A DNA stretch of 63,138 nt, counting the filler, from Octopus bimaculoides (lineage: Eukaryota), in assembly GCF_001194135.2 (NCBI RefSeq). It is 5 parts of 4 records of this genome, joined end to end, with 100 filler letters (N's around TTAATTAATTAA, not from the genome) between each part and the next. Parts side by side here need not be neighbours in the genome. Positions count along the whole stretch, not along the records: positions 34,989 to 58,564 come from NC_068985.1; positions 58,665 to 61,178 come from NC_068981.1; positions 61,279 to 63,138 come from NW_026304789.1; 2 more parts are not named here. One strand, given 5' to 3'. This document shows positions 52,756-63,138 of this stretch, piece after piece. Both the position numbers and the translations under genes were made by a program. Below the pieces are notes generated by a model. It was not told where the DNA came from and did not search any database. It worked only from the letters and a program-made list of their open reading frames with translations. Each line of letters begins with the position of its first letter. Within the stretch, counting starts at the first letter, position 1.

Positions 52756-53449
52756 TTCATTTTATTTTATCATGTACGTATTTCTACTTCATTTTATCTG
52801 TGGAACACTTCTATCAATGTTTTGAGGAATCGATGGTTTGAGCTACCATATTTGTCTATTAGGAATTACAATACGCTTTTCAATATGTGTTATTGCATCA
52901 CTACAATAAATAGGGGACCTTTCCTTCACGTAATCTTTCTTCTCTCTGTGGATAACGTGCTTCGCTAAGTGATTATTCAAGTCCTCCGGGAAAACATTTC
53001 CTTTCCTTGCTTTATTCCTTTTGTTAGCAGAGCAGTAAAAGGAGACAACAATGTTATAACTAAGAATACACATTTAATTTACATAATTATATACCATAAT
53101 AGCCATACGAAAAACTTTTGCTTTTCCATACATTTATATTATGCAAATAACGGTAGCATACCAAGCACATAATAAAAACAAGGATGAGGTAGTTAAAAAA
53201 TTCTGTCAGCAAAGAGGAAAGAGAGAAGAAAAAGGGAAAAGAATAAGGCATGTTTGTGAGAAGTTTCTGTTTCCTACTTTAAAGAAATCAATTAACGCAT
53301 GCTAATGAAGGCAGGAATGCAAAAAAAAAAAAAAAAAAGCATTCGTGAAGCTAAAGAAAGCATGGAATTGCGTTAATGAAGATATTACTGCACGAATTGG
53401 TAGATATTTCTCATGCAAAAATAATGTAACATTGAAGAATATACAAACA

Positions 53450-53930
53450 TGGACTTCACAGCAGGAAACCTCATCTTTCACCTCGTCGTCTTGCTGAAGT
53501 GCTTTTCAAACAAATGTTCTTTCAAGAGATGGTATTCAGTAAGTACCAAGTTCGGACTATATGGTGAGTTGCTGTTTATGGACTTCTGTGAGAATTCGTG
53601 GGGCCCAACTTGTGTGCACCTTCCGATATTGCAAGTTTTCACTCAAGACCCTATGAATGGTGCTTCTGGTAACCTCAGGAACCAAAATGCGGAGATCATC
53701 CAAAGTGATCCGCCGATTTTCACGTACGATTTGCTCAACCTTCGCGATTCTCTCATCGGAAATTTATCATCACCCACTTATTTCATCGTCATGAATTCCA
53801 GTACGACCAGCTGCAAACTCTTTACATCACTTGCAGATGTTTTTGACTTCCATGCACGACTCGCCGTACACTTCTTGGATGAAATCAACTTGGATAAGGT
53901 GAGCCTCCGTCATCAGGGTTGAGAATATCA
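53450..53930 (-). mobile_element. Mariner transposase N-terminal (HTH) remnant
   Basis: Minus: IQEVYGESCMEVKNICK*CKEFAAGRTGIHDDE...RIAKVEQIVRENRRITLDDL...TIHRVLSENLQYRKVHTSWAPRILTEVHKQQ (mariner WVPxxL motif). Confidence 0.85.
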
Positions 53931-54411
53931 TACATATCAGATCTTAATGCAGAGATGTCCAAAGATTGAATGATTAAATGTGGAGAACTCGCTGTATTAG
54001 AGTGCGAAGGTTGGGGTGTCCGTTGGTTCATTGGAGGTTAAGACATTGAACGGCGAGAAGAGGTAACATAATTAGTTCCGGAACAGAATTTTAATAATGA
54101 TGGTTTTAAGAGAGTTGATAGCAGAGGTGGATATTTGTGAGATGAACGAGAGCGATAGGATTGATTGTAATTGAAGTGAAGTAAGTTATGTTGGGTTTGT
54201 GTTTAGGTGCGAAAATTTAAGGATTATAGCTATGGAATTATTGGACATTCAGATAGTAAGAGTGTTTCACCTGAGAATAGATCTCTATTTTCGATTTCTT
54301 TCTTGCTAAAGCTAATTAATTCTCTGAATACTGAATATCCTCATCCTCATCATCGTCATCCTCATCATCGTCATCCTCATCATCGTCATCATCATCATCA
54401 TCATCATCATC

Positions 54412-54820
54412 AGTATTATTCCTTCGTATCACAGTGTAGGTAAAAATGTATCGGAGTTTTAGTCATCTGTCAATTTACAAGAAGAGCCTCAGACAGATAA
54501 TACTTTCCTTAAGATGTGCGCTGTGCCTAATAAGGCTGCTTTTAAACATATCAATATTGCATGGGATTTCCAGATGCATTAAGAAGCCCTGACGTTTAAT
54601 GGAATTGAGCCCAACGGTCTGATCATCACTGGTATCACTTTTACATTACCCTCTCGCATTCCTTACAGTCTTGCCATTTCCAGATTCAATTCAGTGTACT
54701 TGGTTATTCTTTACTCAAAACATTGATGTCATTTGTTATGGCTACATCAATGATCTGACTGTATTTGTCTCTCTTATTCAGTATGACAATATCCGGGTGA
54801 CGATATTCGATTACACGATC
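54412..54820 (-). mobile_element. R4/Dong-like early-branching LINE 3' end (restriction-like endonuclease)
   Basis: Minus: DRVIEYRHPDIVILNKRDKYSQIIDVAITND...KYTEL...VKVIPVMIRPLGSIP...KAALLGTAHILRKVLSV* (RPD..D..K pattern plus ALLGTAHILRKVL terminus). Flanked by (GAT)n and (AAT)n. Confidence 0.8.
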
Positions 54821-54821
54821 C

Positions 54822-54827
54822 TATTAC

Positions 54828-54922
<95 letters not shown>
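54822..54922. repeat. (ATT)n microsatellite
   Basis: Direct reading. Confidence 0.95.
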
Positions 54923-55424
54923 GAGCTACTCCGTCCGTCCTAACATTGTGAGTTCAAATTCCGTACAAGTTGACTTTACTGTTCATAATTTCGGGTTCGA
55001 TAAATTAAGAAACATTTGAACAATGGGGTGGTTGTGATCGATTCAGCAGCGTCAATAATATTACAGGCCTTAAGCTAAAATTTGTAAGTTATTAAAACTG
55101 TTCGTGTTGTTGTTAGTGGTGTTGATGACTACTTGTGAGGTGGAAGTGGCTGGAGGTAATGGTTGTGTTATCACTGTCGTTATTATTATTAATAATATTG
55201 GTACTGGGCTAGTTAGTTAATTAACTAGTTACCTAATTGAAAGCGTGTCCAATCATTTGATCAATCAACAAGATGGGCTGTCAGAGTTAATTAGTCGCCA
55301 TTTTCGGCATCATTAGTCATTTGTCCTCGTCTTCTTCATGTCTGTCAGAGCTACAATTTCCTTAAATGATCTGACGCTCCGTCACGCATTCGATTAGGTA
55401 ATCAATTAACTGATTCAACAAAAA

Positions 55425-55468
55425 CAACAACAATAATAAAAATAATTATGATGATGATGATGATGATG

Positions 55469-55508
<40 letters not shown>

Positions 55509-55778
55509 GGATCATGATCATGATGATTATGTTGGTGGGGGTCGTCGTGGTCTTGGTCGTGGTCGTGGTCGTCGTTGTGATGACGATTACAATGCCAATG
55601 ATGATGATGGTGATGATGATGATGACGATGACGATGACGATGAAGAAGAAGAAGAAAAAAAAAGAAGAAGAAGAAGAAGAAGAAGAAGAAGGAGAAATAT
55701 ATGATGATGATGATAACTATGATGAAGAAGAAAAAGAAGACGAAAAAATAACAACAACAACAACAATAATAATAATAA

Positions 55779-55809
<31 letters not shown>

Positions 55810-55818
55810 AAGAAGAAG

Positions 55819-55853
<35 letters not shown>

Positions 55854-55905
55854 GATGATGATGATGATGATGTGGATGATGATGATGATGTGGATGATGA
55901 TGATA
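55425..55905. repeat. Compound (GAT/CAT/GAA/CAA/AAT)n microsatellite
   Basis: Direct reading; explains the homopolymer ORFs. Confidence 0.95.
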
Positions 55906-56834
55906 ATGTTGAAAATGGAAGCACCCGTCGAAGTTATTGTGCTTGTGTGTTCAGTTTTTTTTTAAATACCTTCAGACATGTTTTGCTTATAATGATTAAA
56001 AACATGTACTCGTTATAAGATCACCCCCAAAATCTAATCGACATGGCTTGTACAGTTTGAAATGAACTCAGAGCAAAGAGATATGAAGTATGTTGTTCAT
56101 GAACACAACTCACCACCCGGCCCAGCATTTCAGTTTCCGTCAGCGAAATCAACTCACATGTGGTGGGTCTGAGCCTGGAACTACGTATGTATATATATAT
56201 ATATATATATATAACACTTTGAAATAGCTGCTTAGTTAAAGGTACGAAGAAATATCGTTTGCAGTGAAAAATCATTCCTTTATTGGACAATTATGAATAT
56301 ATAAATAAAAGTGTTGAGTAGTAATGGTAAAAAAAATAATACCTGAAGTTATAAACTTTGAATAAATAAAACACGAACTTTCTGTAATTGCGTCATGTAA
56401 ATATATCGAGTGTTTGTGAATATATGGTCCAGTATTATCATTAATTTCTTCATGTGTGTATGTATTTGCACACGCATATATATTTACGGATGTCTGTGTC
56501 TGAACGTGCGTATGTTAAAGTGTGTATAAATGCGTATTTGAGTGTATGTGTGCGTGTGCGTACGTGCGTGTGCTTTTGAGCGCGTGTGTTTGTCTAAGTG
56601 AATAACTGTCTTCTTGGTTTCCAATAATCTTCACATAGGTATTTGTTCATATAAATATATATTTACATGTGTGTTAGTATTCTTATAAGATTTCATACTG
56701 CTTAAGAACTTTGATATCCATGCTTTTGTATGCGCATATTAATATATATTTATATACATGTGTGTGAGTGTGCGTGAATGTTCGTGCATTTGCCTGTGAG
56801 AGTGTGTGAGCGTGCATGACTGTGTATTTTTGTA

Positions 56835-56875
<41 letters not shown>

Positions 56876-58665
56876 NNNNNNNNNNNNNNNNNNNNNNNNN
56901 NNNNNNNNNNNNNNNNNNNNNNNNNNNNNNNNNNNNNNNNNNNNNNNNNNNNNNNNNNNNNNNNNNNNNNNNNNNNNNNNNNNNNNNNNNNNNNNNNNNN
57001 NNNNNNNNNNNNNNNNNNNNNNNNNNNNNNNNNNNNNNNNNNNNNNNNNNNNNNNNNNNNNNNNNNNNNNNNNNNNNNNNNNNNNNNNNNNNNNNNNNNN
57101 NNNNNNNNNNNNNNNNNNNNNNNNNNNNNNNNNNNNNNNNNNNNNNNNNNNNNNNNNNNNNNNNNNNNNNNNNNNNNNNNNNNNNNNNNNNNNNNNNNNN
57201 NNNNNNNNNNNNNNNNNNNNNNNNNNNNNNNNNNNNNNNNNNNNNNNNNNNNNNNNNNNNNNNNNNNNNNNNNNNNNNNNNNNNNNNNNNNNNNNNNNNN
57301 NNNNNNNNNNNNNNNNNNNNNNTATATATATAATTTTTATTTGATTTAGGCTACTGTGAATGTTTATGCAAATGAAAACTTATGTTAAACGTTTCTTCAG
57401 GTCTACATAAATCTACTAATGAATAAAGAATGAACTGTAAAGTATATGGACTGAGTTTGGGAAACTGAAAGAAGCGAACAAAATAGTGCATATAATTAAT
57501 TAAAATGGTCTGCGACTATTAATTGAATACAATTCTTTGTGTTGTAGCATTATATTAAATTAATATCATATATATTTAAAATGATTTCAACAGAATATCT
57601 ACATTAAATATTGCCTTTCTTTGCCTTTGAATAATATCGCATAATACCAAGTTATTTTGTAATTTTTATGTTTAGTTTTGATTTATATTAGTATATACAT
57701 ATTAATTTTGAAATGAAATTTAATGAATCATGAGATAGCATTAATTTCGAAGTCTTTCAAATATAATTTCATATACATCTATTCATATACACATACGCAC
57801 ACGCACATGCACGTATGCACATGCACACACAGAAATACACAGAACGCATATATATATACACACACACACACACAGAAACATATTTATACACGCACACGCT
57901 CACACATGTATATCCATTCACATATATTACTATATAAACACATGCAGGCATCCATACTCAAATGCATATTTACATACATTTATATATGTGTATTTATCGA
58001 TAGATACATACATATCGGAAATTCTTTCGTTATATAGATTCATGCAGATATATTCTATTACACGTTTGCATATCACAAATATTACAAATTTACGCAAACT
58101 AGCTGCAAATATACACATCATTCTAGTTTCAGTCCCACTTCGTGCCAACATGGTGGCGGGGTGAATTCACATGTGACCCATTGTGACCAATATTCTGTGA
58201 GTGTATTTCGTTGAAAATTCAATGATGCCCGATATATAAACCTGCATATGTATGCATATATGTGTATGCATTTGTATACGATAATTAAACGAAAATGGAG
58301 ATTTGTGATTGACATATAAAATTATTACCGCAAAATTATAATATTATTATAATATAGTATTGCATAATATAAGTATAAATATTATAATCCTACAATTGTT
58401 TCGATTCAGACTCAATAATGAATTTATAAGAGTATATTTTTGGGAGTAATAATCTCATCAGGGAAATATTTGACAAAAATTATCTATAAGGAGATATAGA
58501 TCCTAGAAAAATTGAGTGGTTCTATCACTATAGTTGAGCCTACTTTCCTTATATACATATATATNNNNNNNNNNNNNNNNNNNNNNNNNNNNNNNNNNNN
58601 NNNNNNNNTTAATTAATTAANNNNNNNNNNNNNNNNNNNNNNNNNNNNNNNNNNNNNNNNNNNNG

Positions 58666-60005
58666 ATCTCACTCAGGATATGTCCAAATCACTTATCTTC
58701 GTGCAAGGACTTATAGCACCTGAAGACAGAGAAATTCGGGCAAGAATTCTCTCGAAAAAGGAGCAAGCGAACCAGGATTTATCTCTACAGACAATCGCAG
58801 AAGAATGTCAGACTATGGTAAATCTTAAACATGATGTGAAAAAAATACAAGATAAAGACTCTGCAAAAATTAAAATGTGTCGTCCTGGGAAGCACAAAAA
58901 AAAAGTGCCAGGCTCCAATCCGTGTTATGGTCGTGGAGGCCTACACTACAAAAAGGATTGTCCGTTTAAAAAGCAAAAAGTGCTATAGTTGTCAGAACCT
59001 GGAACACAGAAATTCTCGTTGTAGAACAAACTACGAGGCTCCAACACAGAAAGTTCTAAGGTGTTTTCAGCAGAGTTCTAAGGTATGACACGCGAAGCAA
59101 GATTATTCATTGTGGATAATACCATCAATCCGTTTGGCTCAGACTGGTTAGAACTATTCGATTTATGGCACCTCCCCATAAACCTTTACTGCAATAACAT
59201 AAATGGTTGTCCCGTAGAAAAAACAAGTCTTCGGAAGAACTGAAGGAAAAATTGAAAAAAAATGTTCCCGCAAGTGTTGTCAGAGGATTTAGGTCTATGT
59301 AGAAAGATGGAAGCATATTTTGAAGTAAGTGGAAATGTTGTACCTGTATTTAAAGCAAACAGAAAAGTATCGTTCGCGACAATTGAAACCGTAAATGAAG
59401 AGTTGGACAGACTTGAAAGGAAGGGAGTCATCAAAAAAGTGGATTACTCGAAGTGGGTGGCACCCACAGTATGTATTTTAAAAAATAAGGTTAGGGTGTG
59501 TGCTGATTTCTCTACAGGATTGAACGATTGCTTAAAAACATACCACCATCCACTCCTAACTGTAGAGAACATTTTTTTCAAATTTAAATGGAAAATTTTT
59601 TTCTAAATTAGATCTGTCTGAAACCTATTTACAGATAAAAGTAAATGAAAAATGCTCAAAGTATTTGTCAATAAATACATACAGAAGATTGTAGAGATTG
59701 TACACACGATTTCATTTTGGATTAAAAGTTGCAGCAGCAATATTCCAACAAATCATGGATACTATGTTATCTAATTGTGAATTTGAAATCCTGTACCTGG
59801 ACGATAGTTTGATCAAGAGTAATTCTCATGAACAACATGTGGAACACAAAAGCTGTGTTTAAGAAAATTAAAGTTTTCGGGTTCAGTTTGAGTGAAGGGA
59901 AATGCAAATTCTTTTACCCCAAATTAAGTACTTAGGGCAGACGCAATAAGGAATATGTCTGCGCAGGCAAATATTCCAACTTTACAAGCATTTCTTGAGT
60001 TTAAG
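58666..60005 (+). mobile_element. Gypsy (Mag/K02A2.6-like) LTR retrotransposon gag-RT remnant
   Basis: Gag: LIFVQGLIAPEDREIRARIL...CYGRGGLHYKKDCPFK (zinc knuckle). RT: PVFKANRKVSF..VNEELDRLERKGVIKKVDYSKWVAPTV..VRVCADFSTGLN; KLDLSETYLQI; FGLKVAAAIFQQIMDTML..LYLDD; KCKFF..IKYLG. Frameshifted. Confidence 0.9.
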
Positions 60006-60378
60006 CGTGACGTACAAAGAGGGAGCAGGACGCTTGTAAACCTCCACCATTGACGAGAATATTCAGCAAGTTCGAGAGATGGTAACGCTGAACCGGTTCA
60101 CTATTACCATCTCTCGGATCACTGCTCTTTGGTCTTCTTTGGTGCACATTGCTAGTGGAGTGGCTATGCTTACACTGTAAAGCCAGAAAGAAAAATGGCT
60201 CAATCAGGCTCAAACTTCGATTTCATGACCACAATAGTACCAACTATAAGCAAATATGCGCAGAAGGCAATGTCACGATAATACAAATATGTTATGGTGA
60301 AAGTGAGGATAATTTTTGACTTCCCCTTGTGTGTGTATATATATATATATATATATAATAGTGGGATAGGCCGGTTTA

Positions 60379-60440
60379 TGGGGTTACCCTGGATTTCTCG
60401 CTCATAAGGGGTTAGCCTTATGGCGTATCTTCAGACTCCA
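60379..60440 (-). ncRNA. Type-I hammerhead ribozyme, family G, all core nucleotides intact
   Basis: Minus: UGGAGU-CUGAAGA-UA-CGC-CAUAAGG(CUAACC)CCUUAUG-A-GCG-A-GAAA-UC(CAG)GG-U-A-ACCCCA. Stem I 5/6 paired, perfect 7-bp stem II, GUA cleavage triplet. Confidence 0.75.
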
Positions 60441-60600
60441 AACACTGCTTTAAACCCTAGGTGATTACCTCCCTTTGCCATTGTCCATCGATCTTCAGCT
60501 ACGCTGCCATCGTGCGATCACCAAAGCACCACAAAGGTAAACGATTGTCTCCCTTCGACCTTGGCAGTTAGTTTCCGACTGCGGTGCCGCCATGCGAACT

Positions 60601-60900
60601 CTAAAACGCCAGCAGGAATTTTCTAAGATGCAGGCATGGTCCGAAAATCTCCGTCCTGGAGTTCCGGATGCCCCCTAGCACGAGTGAGTCTTTAAGGATC
60701 CTCATGTGCTTGGCAATGCACAACTTGTACCGTTTCGTCCCGTTTATGTAGGGTCCTGGGTTCTCGAGTATTTTCCATGCAATCAAGTATGGAATCTCCT
60801 CGTCTCGTAATTGCCAGATATGGCTGGCTGATCAGCAATGTCACGTATCTCCTTTCCGGGACTCTGAAAGAAGACAAATGATTGAAATATGCTGCTTGAG
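60601..60900 (-). mobile_element. Penelope-like element GIY-YIG C-terminal remnant
   Basis: HLSSFRVPERRYVTLL..HIWQLRDEEIPYLIAWKILENPGPYINGTKRYKLCIAKHMRIL...NSRTEIFGPCLHLRKFLLAF*, matching the PLE WxI...Y....CxLC..E....NxRxEI...CxHxxKFLL terminus. Confidence 0.8.
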
Positions 60901-61382
60901 AGAGTTCTCAGTACACTCCCCATGTATTTCTGTGCGCACGTGATGTCGTTGTGCCTGTTGCTGTTATAGATACTGCTGTTGTTGATGCTGTTGTTGCTGC
61001 CACTGCTACCGTTTTCGCTGGTTCCGTCAGCGGTGTTGTCGCTGCTAAAGCAGAGGCTGCTGCTGTTGATGCTGGTGTTAGCGTTGATGCTGGTGCTGGT
61101 GTTGGCGTCGCTGGGGTTGTGTATGCATGTATGTATGCATGTATGTATGTATGTATGTATGTATATATATATATATATNNNNNNNNNNNNNNNNNNNNNN
61201 NNNNNNNNNNNNNNNNNNNNNNTTAATTAATTAANNNNNNNNNNNNNNNNNNNNNNNNNNNNNNNNNNNNNNNNNNNNATATATATATGCATATGTATGT
61301 ATGTATGTATGTATGAATGTATGTATATATGTATGTATCAAAGATGGCCAACCTGGCTGTTATGTAACGACGTAATATTTAA

Positions 61383-61414
<32 letters not shown>

Positions 61415-61912
61415 GTGAATGAGAGAGAAGTACATGCCATCAAAGTGATGCTGGGATACAAACACACGAGATCCAATATACCCATCATGACTATCCTTCT
61501 GATAAGGGTACACCAGGCACATGCCTCACAACCATATGTGCGCGACATGGTGACTTCCTATCAAAATAAACAGCGCATGACCTTGCAGGTGGGCCAGTTA
61601 GAATTTTCTTCAGGTCGAGTACACTATGCTGCTCAAAAAATCCCTGAATAGCGGTGCAGTGAAGATGGTGAACGAAACACCCCTGCTTCCAGGGGCGAAT
61701 TTGTCACTACTTCAGCATGTGATCAGAGATGCTCATATCGTCAGCCACTAAGGGACATACTGAACTCGTTAAGGTCAAGCAAATCTGTGGTAGTGAGCAG
61801 AATATTTACAGTAGTCCATCTTTTATACCATGACAAAACATGTTCATGATAACACTTCCAATCAGTTAAGATCAAAAGGTATGTGAGCCAGTGCCTGGTG
61901 TTGCATAAGGAC

Positions 61913-61914
<2 letters not shown>
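61415..61914. mobile_element. ~500-bp interspersed repeat embedded in (ATT)n on both sides
   Basis: Non-coding block bounded by (ATT)n at 61383-61414 and 61915-61958. Resembles an abundant octopus repeat from recall only; no second copy in the window. Confidence 0.5.
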
Positions 61915-61959
<45 letters not shown>

Positions 61960-62175
61960 GGGCGGCGAGCTGGCAGAAACGTTAGCACGCCGGTCGAAAT
62001 GCTTAACGGTATTTCGTCTGTCTTTATGCTCTGAGTTCAAATTCCGCCGAGGTCGGCTTTGCCTTTCATCCTTTCGAGGTGGACAAATTAGGTACTAGTC
62101 GCGTAATGGGGTCGATCTAATCGACTGCCCCGCCTCTCCAAAAATTTCGGGCCTTGTGCCTAGAGTAGAAAAGAT
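61960..62175 (+). mobile_element. tRNA-derived SINE family C, full length
   Basis: Head GGGCGGCGAGCTGGCAGAAACGTTAGC, B-box GAGTTCAAATTCC, core GCCTTTCATCCTTTCGAGGT..AAATTAGGTAC (resembles Nin-type SINE domain, from recall), and (ATT)n tail. Confidence 0.9.
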
Positions 62176-62689
62176 TGTCATTATTATTATTATTATCATT
62201 ATTATTATTATCATCATCATCATCATCTGACTCGCGTAGTATGAAGACATCTTTTTGATTTTTCCCTCCGAAACACATTCTGTTTTCAAACATTACCAAA
62301 TGAATTTTCCTTCAAACTCTTGCAAAAAGAATTATAATTGCTTAATGGCGGACTGCCTTCAATATCCAGGGTTAGAAAAAAAAGGAAAAGAGAAAAGAAA
62401 CCCCGAAACAATGTTGTTTCAGAATCTTTTAAAATGTTATTGTAAAACCCCCAATAACACTTCTTTGTCACATGAGATAATTCAGGAGAGAGTGAAGGTA
62501 AATTCTTACATATCTTCGCTAAAGCTGGAAGCAGATTAAGCTTTCCCTCGCGTTAAGCGGCACAATAAACCCTCCAAGATACATCGGGAGAAATTAAATC
62601 AATTGAAACAAGAAAATTGCAGCAAGGCATCGAGATAGTGGTTTCAGATGTGGCATGCAAACCATCATATAACTTGATTTATTCTTCTA

Positions 62690-62811
62690 TTCCGTTTTAT
62701 TTTGACATGCCCATTGCGTTTTTATTTTTCTCTTCCGTTTAATTTTGACATGCGCATTGCGTTTTTATTTTTCTCTTCCGTTTAATTTTGACATGCGCAT
62801 TGTGTTTTTAT
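62690..62811. repeat. 43-bp minisatellite, ~2.8 copies
   Basis: TTCCGTTT(T/A)ATTTTGACATGC(C/G)CATTGCGTTTTTATTTTTCTC starts at 62690, 62733 and 62776. Confidence 0.9.
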
Positions 62812-62877
62812 TCCCCGTTTTACGAATTGATTGTGCACACGCGCATTGCATGATAATGAATAATAATAATAATAATA

Positions 62878-62923
62878 GACTACACCGGGGATGTTTAACA
62901 GACTACACCGAGGATGTTTAACA
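62878..62923. repeat. 23-bp tandem duplication
   Basis: GACTACACCG(G/A)GGATGTTTAACA twice. Confidence 0.9.
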
Positions 62924-63138
62924 TGTGAGAACGATAAATCACTGCTCTGAAATTTATCCAAAAACATCGGAAATAAAGACATCGTATGGAGCCAAAAAAT
63001 AGCTGACAAAGGGTTGGACTATATCCGAGTAAGTAATACTCATTGAAATTTATTTCTATTTTTCCAAATATAATGATGTATTTTAACTTGATACCTCCAC
63101 TACCCGCACAGCGATCGTAAACACACGTGTTACATCCG

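Noticed and set aside
55209-55228. 14-bp palindrome TAGTTAATTAACTA with nearby TAAT sites
   Set aside because: Expected by chance in AT-rich DNA; no supporting evidence.

Overview
AT-rich, microsatellite-saturated animal genomic DNA from a gapped draft assembly with many N runs. The repeat families look like those of octopus/coleoid cephalopods; that is an inference from recalled repeat sequences, not a search. No intact host protein-coding gene can be supported: nearly all ORFs in the track are microsatellite, gap or SINE read-throughs. The window is a graveyard of mobile elements: a Helitron helicase end, CR1-group, Tx1/L1, RTE and R4/Dong-like LINE remnants, three Penelope-like (GIY-YIG) remnants, a Gypsy gag-RT remnant, two mariner and two maT/DD37D-like transposases, a hAT MITE with TSD, and many copies of about four tRNA-derived SINE families. 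The most striking signal is a set of four distinct type-I hammerhead ribozyme families at six loci, read directly from the sequence. (i) A minimal hammerhead sits inside a tRNA-headed SINE-like unit that is found both at the 3' end of a Penelope ORF and as free copies. (ii) A hammerhead with an ~86-nt insert in loop II can be rebuilt from two partial copies. (iii) A core-intact hammerhead lies downstream of a second Penelope ORF. (iv) A decayed, inverted hammerhead lies at the 5' break of a third Penelope remnant. Also notable: a regularly spaced 13-bp motif array at 32.9-33.45 kb, a CCAAT x3/E-box/TATA promoter-like cluster at 14 kb, a pre-miRNA-like hairpin and a few unconfirmed candidate exons.
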